DNA from: Formosa sp. Hel1_33_131
GTDB lineage: Bacteria; Bacteroidota; Bacteroidia; Flavobacteriales; Flavobacteriaceae
NCBI RefSeq assembly: GCF_001735745.1
Contig: NZ_CP017260.1
Coordinates: 1,290,001 to 1,322,000 of the forward strand
Direction of reading: 5' to 3'
DNA length: 32,000 nucleotides
Shown: positions 23,456-30,936 of the stretch, in pieces
How the letters are laid out: every line of letters starts with the position of its first letter
Numbering within the stretch: the first letter of the stretch is position 1
Made by a program: the position numbers and the translations under genes
Notes under the pieces: generated by a model
The model's database searches: none
Told to the model about the DNA's origin: nothing
Seen by the model: only the letters and a program-made list of their open reading frames with translations

Positions 23456-24367
23456 ATGCTTTCAATCACCAATGTCTCTTTTCGGTATAATGAACGTGCG
23501 GTCTTAAATGCCGTTTCTGCCCGCGTTCATAGCGGAGATTGTTTGGCTATTGTAGGAGAAAGTGGCTCTGGAAAAAGTACGCTTCTTAAGCTTATCTTTG
23601 GTCAAATGGATGTCGATGGTGGTACAATCTTCTGGAAAGACCAAGCTATTTTAGGGCCTAAAAACAAACTTGTTGTAGGGCATGATTTTATGAAGTATGT
23701 GGCACAGGAATTTGACTTGATGCCCTATACAAGTGTTTTCGAAAACATCGGCGATCATCTTTCTAATTTTTATCCAGATGAAAAAAAAGCACGGGTCAAA
23801 GAATTGATTGAGGTGGTAGAATTAGAAGGGTTTGAAAACACAAAAGTGCAGTTTTTGAGTGGAGGTCAAAAACAACGTGTTGCCTTGGCAAGGGCTATTG
23901 CAAAACGCCCTGAAATTATTCTTTTGGACGAACCTTTTAGTCATATCGATAATTTCAAAAAACAATCGTTAAGGCGTAATTTATTTGACTATTTAAAAAC
24001 AAATAATATCGCTTGTGTGTTGGCAACACATGATAAAAATGATGTGCTTTCGTTTGCAGATCAAATGATGGTACTTCATGGCGGGAGTGTTTTGGTCACA
24101 GAGAGCCCAAGCAATATCTATTCCGACCCAAGGCATCCGCTAGTTGCTGCTTTTTTTGGCGAATACAGCAACATTAACGGCGAATTCTATTATGCACATC
24201 AAATCACTTTGGTGGACGATAGTCTTCTTAAAGCAACTGTCAAACACAGCTTCTATAAGGGGCATTATTACTTGATTGAAGCAGACCTCAACGGAGTGCT
24301 CGTTTGTTTTAAAAATGCGACCGCTCTCAAAGAAGGTTCGGTGGTTTCATTAACGTTAAAGCGTTAA
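23456..24367 (+). CDS. ABC transporter ATP-binding protein (orphan, no adjacent permease) with a C-terminal TOBE-like domain
   Basis: 303 aa. Walker A is GESGSGKST, the signature is LSGGQKQRVALARA, Walker B is ILLDEPFS and the H-loop is ATHD. It starts 8 nt after the asd stop. Confidence 0.9.
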   Translation: MLSITNVSFRYNERAVLNAVSARVHSGDCLAIVGESGSGKSTLLKLIFGQMDVDGGTIFWKDQAILGPKNKLVVGHDFMKYVAQEFDLMPYTSVFENIGDHLSNFYPDEKKARVKELIEVVELEGFENTKVQFLSGGQKQRVALARAIAKRPEIILLDEPFSHIDNFKKQSLRRNLFDYLKTNNIACVLATHDKNDVLSFADQMMVLHGGSVLVTESPSNIYSDPRHPLVAAFFGEYSNINGEFYYAHQITLVDDSLLKATVKHSFYKGHYYLIEADLNGVLVCFKNATALKEGSVVSLTLKR

Positions 24368-24430
24368 GGAGGTTATTTTAACTCTGGAACATTTCGGTTT
24401 ATCAATTTAAAATATTAAATTACAACTCTA

Positions 24431-24450
24431 AGTCTAATTAAGTCTAATTA
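24431..24450. repeat. Perfect 2 x 10-bp tandem duplication (agtctaatta)
   Basis: Read directly from the sequence, in the leader region 13 nt upstream of the SPFH gene start. Confidence 0.9.
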
Positions 24451-24462
24451 AAATTTTAAACT

Positions 24463-25392
24463 ATGTCATTCTTTTTACTCCCCTTTGTTATTTTAGGATT
24501 AATTATTTTGTTTGCCGCATTTTTCACGGTCAAGCAACAAACCGCTGCCATTATTGAACGTTTTGGAAAATTTCACAGCATTCGACAATCTGGTCTCCAT
24601 TTAAAAATTCCTTTAATTGACCGTATTTCTGGTCGTTTAAGTTTAAAAATCCAACAGCTGGATGTCTTAATTGAAACCAAAACATTGGATGACGTATTTG
24701 TGCGCCTCAAGGTTTCTGTTCAATTTAAAGTAATTCGTGAAAAAGTATATGATGCTTTTTATAAGTTAGATTATGCCCACGATCAAATCACTTCGTATGT
24801 ATTTGATGTGGTAAGAGCAGAAGTGCCAAAAATGAAGCTCGATGATGTCTTTGTTAAAAAAGATGATATTGCCATTGCTGTCAAATCAGAGCTAAACCAA
24901 GCCATGATGGATTATGGGTATGACATCATAAAAACCTTGGTAACGGACATTGATCCAGATGCTCAAGTTAAGGAAGCGATGAACCGAATTAATGCCTCTG
25001 AACGTGAAAAAATAGCCGCTCAATTTGAAGGAGATGCCGCCCGTATTTTGATTGTTGAAAAAGCAAAAGCGGAAGCTGAAAGCAAACGTCTTCAAGGTCA
25101 AGGAATTGCTGATCAGCGTCGTGAAATTGCACGTGGTTTAGAAGAGTCTGTTGAGGTCTTAAATAAAGTGGGAATCAATTCTCAAGAAGCATCTGCTTTA
25201 ATTGTTGTAACACAGCATTATGACACCCTTCAATCAATCGGACAAGAAACAAACAGTAACCTTATATTATTACCAAATTCTCCACAAGCAGGCAGTAATA
25301 TGTTGAACGATATGGTAGCGAGTTTTACGGCAAGCAACCAAATTGGTGAAGCCATGAAAAATGGACCTAAGAAAATTCTTCCTAAGAAATAA
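24463..25392 (+). CDS. SPFH/band-7 (stomatin/prohibitin-like) membrane protein
   Basis: 309 aa. It has an N-terminal TM, then the SPFH pattern (VKQQTAAIIERFGKF...GLHLKIPLIDRI...D.V.V.V.V.F.V). A coiled-coil A/E/K/R-rich region follows. Confidence 0.9.
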   Translation: MSFFLLPFVILGLIILFAAFFTVKQQTAAIIERFGKFHSIRQSGLHLKIPLIDRISGRLSLKIQQLDVLIETKTLDDVFVRLKVSVQFKVIREKVYDAFYKLDYAHDQITSYVFDVVRAEVPKMKLDDVFVKKDDIAIAVKSELNQAMMDYGYDIIKTLVTDIDPDAQVKEAMNRINASEREKIAAQFEGDAARILIVEKAKAEAESKRLQGQGIADQRREIARGLEESVEVLNKVGINSQEASALIVVTQHYDTLQSIGQETNSNLILLPNSPQAGSNMLNDMVASFTASNQIGEAMKNGPKKILPKK

Positions 25393-25409
25393 TTTGTCTT
25401 TTAGATATT

Positions 25410-25516
25410 AAAAAGAGGCTGTCTAAAAAGCTACATTTTGTCAATCTGAACTAGTTTCAGATTCTGAAATAAATTCAGAATGACAGGTTTTCATACTTTT
25501 TAGACAGCCTCTTTTT
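25410..25516. terminator. Bidirectional terminator formed by a 107-bp nested palindromic element
   Basis: There are 21-bp perfect inverted arms, AAAAAGAGGCTGTCTAAAAAG (25410-25430) and CTTTTTAGACAGCCTCTTTTT (25496-25516), followed by one further T at 25517. They enclose two 7-bp hairpins, ATCTGAA/TTCAGAT (25444-25462) and TTCTGAA/TTCAGAA (25462-25480). The element lies between convergent genes. Confidence 0.65.
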
Positions 25517-25543
25517 TATTAGGAATAAATCGCTCTAACGCAT

Positions 25544-26437
25544 TTATCTCATCACTGAACCACTAGGGTTAGATGCTGCAGCATTGTTTCCCATTGAAAG
25601 TGAGGTGTGTTGCATTGCATTAGCCGGAATCATTGCGACTAACGGTTTTAGCAAAAATGGATTTGGACTGTTATCTGGGTCAGGCTCTACAGAAATGACC
25701 ACTTTTTGTCCTGACAAATCTGTAGGAAACGTAAGTCCTGCGGGGGCTCCTATTAAAAAATCTTCTCCTGGAACTGGAGGCGCTGTCTCCATTCCACTAA
25801 AGCCACTAAAATCATCTGCTCCCGTAACAGTGGTGAACTTTCCTGTAGAAACAGGTGTTGTTCCGATAACTGCCCAACCTTCATATTTCCAGCCTGTTGG
25901 CAAAGTTGGAAGTGTTAGTCCTGGCGCTGGCATCATTGGGGCTGGAAATTGTACCCACCAAACACCACTTTTCTCATTTGTGGAATCCATATCCGTTGGT
26001 GAGGCAAGGAAATATTTTCCTGTTGCCCCTGTAAAGTCAGTCCCCAATGCTGACTGGTGATTTGTAGAAACAGTCGCCGAAGTGGCGTTATTGGTGAAAT
26101 CGCCTGCTAAAATATGCACACTACTTGGAGCTGTATTTGGATCGGGATTTGGCTCAATTGTAAGTACATAAGAAAGGGCATTAGAAAGCGTGTTTGTGTT
26201 CACAGAAAAGCTTGTTTTGGATAATACACCAGAAGCATTTACAGAAAACGTGCCTGCTGAAACAGGTCCACTTTCCAAAATAAGCCAGCTTTCGTAAACA
26301 TAACCAGATCCTAAATCTTCAAGGCCTGTAAGGTTTAGTGTCAAATTTTTGGTGTCGTCATCATCGTTAGAACTACAACTAATTACGGTTGTAAATCCGA
26401 AGATGAGCATTAAAAAATAAAGTGTCTTGTTTCTCAT
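25544..26437 (-). CDS. Lipoprotein with two RskA-like (anti-sigma-K C-terminal type) domains
   Basis: 297 aa. The signal peptide and lipobox are LIFGFTTVIS-C21, followed by SSNDDDD. Two internal repeats are present: GYVYESWLILESGPVSAGTF...VLTIEPNPDPNTAP and GWKYEGWAVIGTTPVSTGKF...VISVEPDPDNSPNP. The Y/W-E-x-W-hh...P-V-S-x-G-x-F motif is characteristic of RskA C-terminal domains. Confidence 0.65.
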   Translation of the reverse strand: MRNKTLYFLMLIFGFTTVISCSSNDDDDTKNLTLNLTGLEDLGSGYVYESWLILESGPVSAGTFSVNASGVLSKTSFSVNTNTLSNALSYVLTIEPNPDPNTAPSSVHILAGDFTNNATSATVSTNHQSALGTDFTGATGKYFLASPTDMDSTNEKSGVWWVQFPAPMMPAPGLTLPTLPTGWKYEGWAVIGTTPVSTGKFTTVTGADDFSGFSGMETAPPVPGEDFLIGAPAGLTFPTDLSGQKVVISVEPDPDNSPNPFLLKPLVAMIPANAMQHTSLSMGNNAAASNPSGSVMR

Positions 26438-26647
26438 AAGTATTAAGTATTAAGTTAAGTAATGCCTACTCCTGTTTAATCGTCTTTTTTCGGCTTGGTT
26501 CGACGGAACTATTTGGTTTAAAATGAATAAATTTAGAGCACGTTTAATTAAACGTTTCACTACTAAATCAATTACCGTGCCAAAAACCTTTATTTAGAGA
26601 AAATCAGATAGATCTTATTATTTAAAACAATGGTGAGTAGAATTGAC

Positions 26648-26675
26648 AAAACACAACCGAAGAGGGTTGTGTTTT
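26648..26675 (-). terminator. Rho-independent terminator of glnS
   Basis: AAAACACAACC-gaagag-GGTTGTGTTTT, an 11-bp stem counting the A/T extension. On the minus strand the hairpin is followed by TTTTG. It lies 37 nt downstream of the glnS stop. Confidence 0.65.
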
Positions 26676-26711
26676 ATGAAATTAGAAAATAGGGGTATTA
26701 AAAATAGATAT

Positions 26712-28742
26712 TTAAATTTGGCCTGCAGCCTCGCTTAACAAGGGATGAGCGTCTGTCTTTGAGGTCGCTATAAAAGTGTTTATTTGATCATTTTTTTCTA
26801 GGCCGTTATCTAAAAGTACTTTTAACGTAAGTGCTACCGCTATGCGGGTTCCTACTTTTTTGGCTGCTGTATTAAATAAAGGCTCTAAATCTTCATAAGA
26901 CACTTCTTTAGCTAGCAATTGAATCTCTGCTTTTACTTTTGGTTGTTTCGCTTCTGGAAGGTTTGTGTACTTTTTTCCGAGCTGTTTAATAACATCAATT
27001 GCTTTTCGTTTTGGAGCTTGGGAGGTCGGTTGCAGATTGGTGGATTGGGTTTGCTTTGGTTCTTTTTTGGTCCAGGCGTCTCTTAAGCCTACCGTTTTAT
27101 TAAACACCAAGTTTGTTTCCGTGCTGTCTTTATCTACATTGAAATAGCCAATGCGTTGAAATTGAAATTGTTCTCCAACAGTTGCATTTTTAATATGTGG
27201 TTCGATAAATGCTTTTCTAACTTTTAAGGATTCTGGATTCACAAAAGTTGAAAAATCTTCTGTTTGGCCGTCGGGTGCTTCGTGCAAAAACAAACGGTCA
27301 TATTCTCGTACTTCTGCTTCCACAGCATGCGCAGTGGACACCCAGTGCAAGGTTCCTTTAACCTTACGGAGACTTTCGGGGGTTCCGCTGCCGCTTAAAC
27401 TTTTTGGATCATAAGTACAGTGGATTTCTAAGATTGCGCCATTAGCGTCTTTTACAACGCTTTCTGCTTTTATAATAAAGGCGTTTTTGAGTCGCACTTC
27501 TTTTCCAAGGGAAAGTCTAAAATATTTACTGTTGGCTTCTTCTTTAAAATCATCACGTTCTATATAGAGCGTTCTTGAAAAGGGTACCGTTCGAGAGCCT
27601 GTGCCTTCATCTTCTGGATTGTTTTCTGCCTCCAACCATTCTTCTTTTCCTTCGGTGTAGTTTTGAATTACCAATTTGATCGGGTCTAAAACAGCCATAA
27701 TTCGAGCTGCTTTTTTGTTGAGGTCTTCCCGTACACAAAACTCTAAAAGGGATACATCGATTATGTTATCGCGTTTGGCAACACCAACCTTATCTACAAA
27801 ATTACGAATGGACGTTGGTGTGTAACCGCGACGTCTTAATCCTGAAATGGTAGGCATTCGCGGGTCATCCCACCCGTTTACTGTATTATCCTCAACCAGT
27901 TTTAATAACTTTCGCTTACTCATAATGGTGTAGCTTAAGTTTAAGCGTGCAAACTCACGTTGCTTTGGAACTAAAGGCAAAGAGTTGTTTTTATAATTAG
28001 AGACGATGTTTTTAAACCAATCGTATAAATCTCTGTGAGGCTTGAATTCTAATGAACATAAGGAGTGTGAAATCTGTTCTAAATAGTCGCTTTCTCCGTG
28101 GGTCCAATCATACATGGGATAAATACACCAAGTGGATCCTGTGCGGTGGTGATCGGCGTGTAGTATGCGATACATTAAAGGATCACGCATTAGCATATTG
28201 ACATGTTTCATGTCTATTTTAGCTCTTAACACATGGGTTCCTGCTTTAAATTCGCCATTTTTCATTTGGTTAAAAAGCGCTAAATTTTCTTCGACAGAGC
28301 GGTTTCTAAACGGGCCATCTTCTCCGGGTTGGGTGGGCGTTCCTTTTTGAGTCGCCATGTCTTCACTGGATTGCGAATCGACATAGGCTTTACCGTCTTT
28401 GATCATTTCTATCGCCCAGGCGTGTAATTGCTCAAAGTAGTCTGACGAGTATACTTCTTTATCCCATTTGTAACCCAGCCAAGAAATATCTTCTTTGATG
28501 GCGTCTACATATTCCTGATCTTCCTTTGTGGGGTTGGTATCATCAAAACGTAAATTGACAGGTGCCTTATAGGTTTCACCCAAACCAAAACTAATTCCGA
28601 TGGCTTTTGTGTGTCCTATGTGGAGGTAGCCGTTGGGTTCTGGTGGAAACCGAAAGCGCAGCTTGTTTTGTGGCAAGCCATTTTTTAAATCTTCTTCTAC
28701 TATTTGCTCTAAAAAGTTAAGCGGTTTGTGCGTTTCTGACAT
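26712..28742 (-). CDS. glnS: Glutamine--tRNA ligase with a roughly 116-aa C-terminal appended domain
   Basis: 676 aa. It has the class I motifs HIGH (aa 41-44) and IMSKR (aa 273-277). The body is alignable by eye to the E. coli GlnRS C-terminus (LVFNKTVGLRDAWTKKE versus the E. coli ending, recalled as ...FNRTVGLRDTWAKVGE). It then continues for about 116 more residues. Confidence 0.95.
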   Translation of the reverse strand: MSETHKPLNFLEQIVEEDLKNGLPQNKLRFRFPPEPNGYLHIGHTKAIGISFGLGETYKAPVNLRFDDTNPTKEDQEYVDAIKEDISWLGYKWDKEVYSSDYFEQLHAWAIEMIKDGKAYVDSQSSEDMATQKGTPTQPGEDGPFRNRSVEENLALFNQMKNGEFKAGTHVLRAKIDMKHVNMLMRDPLMYRILHADHHRTGSTWCIYPMYDWTHGESDYLEQISHSLCSLEFKPHRDLYDWFKNIVSNYKNNSLPLVPKQREFARLNLSYTIMSKRKLLKLVEDNTVNGWDDPRMPTISGLRRRGYTPTSIRNFVDKVGVAKRDNIIDVSLLEFCVREDLNKKAARIMAVLDPIKLVIQNYTEGKEEWLEAENNPEDEGTGSRTVPFSRTLYIERDDFKEEANSKYFRLSLGKEVRLKNAFIIKAESVVKDANGAILEIHCTYDPKSLSGSGTPESLRKVKGTLHWVSTAHAVEAEVREYDRLFLHEAPDGQTEDFSTFVNPESLKVRKAFIEPHIKNATVGEQFQFQRIGYFNVDKDSTETNLVFNKTVGLRDAWTKKEPKQTQSTNLQPTSQAPKRKAIDVIKQLGKKYTNLPEAKQPKVKAEIQLLAKEVSYEDLEPLFNTAAKKVGTRIAVALTLKVLLDNGLEKNDQINTFIATSKTDAHPLLSEAAGQI

Positions 28743-28773
28743 AATAAAGTGTATTTCTTGGATAAATACATAG

Positions 28774-28781
28774 CAAAATTA
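28774..28781 (-). promoter_or_regulatory. -7 box TAATTTTG (TAnnTTTG) for glnS
   Basis: The plus strand reads CAAAATTA at 28774-28781, 31 nt upstream of the glnS ATG on the minus strand. Confidence 0.35.
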
Positions 28782-28850
28782 ATCAAATAAAAAGTTTATA
28801 GATATATCTTCGGTATAATTATTATTTTTATCGAAATAAAAAAAGAGAAC

Positions 28851-29207
28851 ATGGGAGTTATTAAGGTTGAAAACATAAGAGTGTATGCGTATCATGGATG
28901 TCTGAGTGAGGAGACCACGATTGGCAGTGATTACAGAGTTGATGTGAGTGTAGAGGCGGATTTAGAAAAATCGTCTGTGACAGACGCTTTAAACGACACG
29001 GTTGACTATGTCACTTTAAACGCTATTGTGGTAGAAGAAATGCGTATTCCTGCAAAATTATTGGAAGCGGTAGCGAAGCGCATCATCAATCGGGTGTTTG
29101 AAAATTGTAAAACAGTGGTGTCGGTATCGGCGTCGGTTTCTAAAATTAACCCTCCAATTGGCGGTGATGTAGAAAAAGTAACGATTGTTCTGAGCGAATC
29201 ACGTTAA
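28851..29207 (+). CDS. folB: Dihydroneopterin aldolase
   Basis: 118 aa. IKVENIRVYAYHGCLSEETTIGSDYRVDVSVEADL...DALNDTVDYVTLNAIV...LLEAVAKRI...V.KINPPIGG is the FolB pattern. Confidence 0.9.
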   Translation: MGVIKVENIRVYAYHGCLSEETTIGSDYRVDVSVEADLEKSSVTDALNDTVDYVTLNAIVVEEMRIPAKLLEAVAKRIINRVFENCKTVVSVSASVSKINPPIGGDVEKVTIVLSESR

Positions 29208-29313
29208 AATAATTTTTTATAGATAATGGAATTTATATTTTAGGGGTGGTAATTACAGGGATTGTTAAGAGCCTCTTTTTGATGGATTCTTTTCTTTTAT
29301 CTTGTGTAACGTT

Positions 29314-29331
29314 TAAATTTGCTTAAATTTG
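29314..29331 (+). promoter_or_regulatory. Tandem pair of -7 boxes (TAAATTTG x 2) upstream of tRNA-Cys
   Basis: ttTAAATTTGc is repeated back to back, with boxes at 29314-29321 and 29324-29331. The second box ends 12 nt before the mature tRNA 5' end. Confidence 0.45.
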
Positions 29332-29343
29332 CATTCCTTTTTA

Positions 29344-29414
29344 GGCGTCTTGGCCGAGTGGCTAGGCAGAGGTCTGCAAAACCTTCTACAGCGGTTCGAA
29401 TCCGCTAGACGCCT
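29344..29414 (+). tRNA. tRNA-Cys (anticodon GCA)
   Basis: Folded manually into a 71-nt cloverleaf. The acceptor stem is GGCGTCT/AGACGCC (7 bp) and the D-arm is GCC/GGC. The anticodon stem GAGGT/ACCTT carries the loop CTGCAAA. The T-arm is AGCGG-TTCGAAT-CCGCT, the variable loop is 4 nt, and the discriminator is U73, as expected for Cys. CCA is not encoded. Confidence 0.93.
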
Positions 29415-29426
29415 CAAGTTATGAAG

Positions 29427-29456
29427 ACCACAACGTTTATCGGTTGTGGTTTTTTA
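29427..29456. terminator. Rho-independent terminator after tRNA-Cys, shared with the convergent LysE gene
   Basis: ACCACAAC-gtttatcg-GTTGTGGT followed by TTTTT at 29451-29455. It overlaps the last codons and stop of the minus-strand LysE gene. Confidence 0.7.
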
Positions 29457-30125
29457 TTGCCCTATTTCTTCAATGATGGTTTGTGGGTTTAATTTGTCTT
29501 TTGGCAAAAAGCCTTTCGTAATTAGAACCAATCCACAAATAATTAAAATAATTCCAAGTAGTTTTTTAATTTTTAAAATGATCACAGGAGTCAATTGTTT
29601 TTTTAGCTGCTTGGCTAACACTATTTTAAATAAATCTGTTATAAAATACGCTAAGATCAGTGATCCAAAAAATACATAAAATCGATTGATGTCATTTTCT
29701 AAACTTGGTCCTGTAACGATGATAATGCCCAACCAAAAAATCAGTACGCCAACATTTATAAAGTTGAGTAAAAAACCTTTAATAAATAGTTCGATGTAAT
29801 TCACCTTAAATGCGTTGGATAGCTGTGCTTTAAGGTCGTTTCGGTTTGGTTTTTTTAGAAAAACAATTAGACCGTAAACCGTTAAAATGGTACCTCCAAA
29901 CACATACAAACCAGGTTGGTTGCTTAAGTTTTCTAAGAGTTGAAAGCTGCTAAAATAGGCCAATCCAATAAAAATAATATCTGCAATTATAACGCCCGCA
30001 TCAAAAGCAACTGCAGCGCGAAATCCTTTGGTAACGCTCGTTTCTATCAACACAAAAAAGACGGGGCCAATCATAAAAGCTAAGAAAAAACCAAGTGGTA
30101 TGGCAGCCTGGATATCATCTATCAT
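29454..30125 (-). CDS. LysE/RhtB-family amino-acid exporter
   Basis: 223 aa with six hydrophobic helices. The N-terminus GFFLAFMIGPVFFVLIETSVTKGFRAAVAFDAGVIIADIIFI is the LysE-family signature. Confidence 0.88.
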   Translation of the reverse strand: MIDDIQAAIPLGFFLAFMIGPVFFVLIETSVTKGFRAAVAFDAGVIIADIIFIGLAYFSSFQLLENLSNQPGLYVFGGTILTVYGLIVFLKKPNRNDLKAQLSNAFKVNYIELFIKGFLLNFINVGVLIFWLGIIIVTGPSLENDINRFYVFFGSLILAYFITDLFKIVLAKQLKKQLTPVIILKIKKLLGIILIICGLVLITKGFLPKDKLNPQTIIEEIGQ

Positions 30126-30152
30126 AGTACTTTAATTTTAAGGAGATGGATG

Positions 30153-30824
30153 TTAATCTTTATAAATAACTCTTCCACCAATCATATTAATTTGTTTTAC
30201 GGTTTTGGGGTTCCCGTGAATTATCAAATCTCCGCCAGCAACTATTCTAACTTCAATAACCTCAGAACTTTTTACTTCCGCTTCGCCTCCGGCCTTTATT
30301 TTTATTTCGGAATTTATTGCTTGTAATGAAGCACCTTCATAAATACCGCCTGTTCTTATCTTTATATTCTGGGATTCAGTGGTACCGCTTACTTTGATAA
30401 TACCACCTGTCACACTTTTAATTGATAATAGTTTTGTGTCGGTAATGACAGAAATTTCGCCACCCTCTTGGGCTTTTAATTCCAGCTCGTATTGTTTAAA
30501 TGTTGATTGTGAAGCTACTTTGGCACCTTCATTAACATCGATAATATCGATTTTGGTATAAAAGAGTTTTACAAACGTTTTATTGCCATTAAAGGACTTA
30601 TTAAGATCCATTTTAATTTTAAGAAGATCATTCTTTTGAACGATAAAAACGTTGGAAGTGTCCTCCCCTGTAATTTCAATTTTATTTTCAGTAGACTGAA
30701 CAAGCTCAATATTTATGAGGTCGTAAACTTTGAGTTCTGAAAATTCGCCTAAAGTTTTACTAATTGGAGTTTGAGAGCTTACTAAAAAACTAGAAAAGAG
30801 GAAAAATAAAATGTACGGTTTCAT
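30153..30824 (-). CDS. DUF2807 / head GIN-domain (putative beta-helical adhesin-like) secreted protein
   Basis: 223 aa. It has a signal peptide (MKPYILFFLFSSFLVSSQ) and F.EL.V....N.EL.Q..E.KIEI.G.E. The C-terminus has repeated G-G/A-x-(I/V)-x-V beta-strand motifs. Confidence 0.8.
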   Translation of the reverse strand: MKPYILFFLFSSFLVSSQTPISKTLGEFSELKVYDLINIELVQSTENKIEITGEDTSNVFIVQKNDLLKIKMDLNKSFNGNKTFVKLFYTKIDIIDVNEGAKVASQSTFKQYELELKAQEGGEISVITDTKLLSIKSVTGGIIKVSGTTESQNIKIRTGGIYEGASLQAINSEIKIKAGGEAEVKSSEVIEVRIVAGGDLIIHGNPKTVKQINMIGGRVIYKD

Positions 30825-30936
30825 TTGTTGATATTTATTGATTTTTATAGGTCACATGCGATATCCATTTAATCATTTACTTGAGTATCAAGTTAGAGTT
30901 ATGGTTGTGTCATGTGTTGGTATTTAAAAATATAAT

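Noticed and set aside
25584-26060. 158-aa plus-strand ORF opposite the lipoprotein gene
   Set aside because: It is a shadow of a locally G+C- and Ser/Gly/Pro-rich gene. The minus-strand frame has a signal peptide, a lipobox and two internally repeated domains, and the plus frame has none.
26523-26597. 24-aa basic mini-ORF (MNKFRARLIKRFTTKSITVPKTFI) in the lipoprotein-glnS intergenic region
   Set aside because: It has no promoter box, lies on the opposite strand to both neighbours, and is of a length expected by chance in AT-rich DNA. The palindrome ACGTTTAATTAAACGT inside it may instead be a regulatory site, but that is unsupported.
29262-29275. Sequence AGAGCCTCTTTTT after folB that looks like the right arm of a terminator
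   Set aside because: No complementary left arm is present upstream, so no stable hairpin can be drawn. I did not call it a terminator.
29344-30125. tRNA-Cys as a possible integration hot spot for a genomic island
   Set aside because: No integrase, no direct repeat of the tRNA 3' end, and no accessory-type genes follow. The downstream genes are LysE, DUF2807 and rnr.
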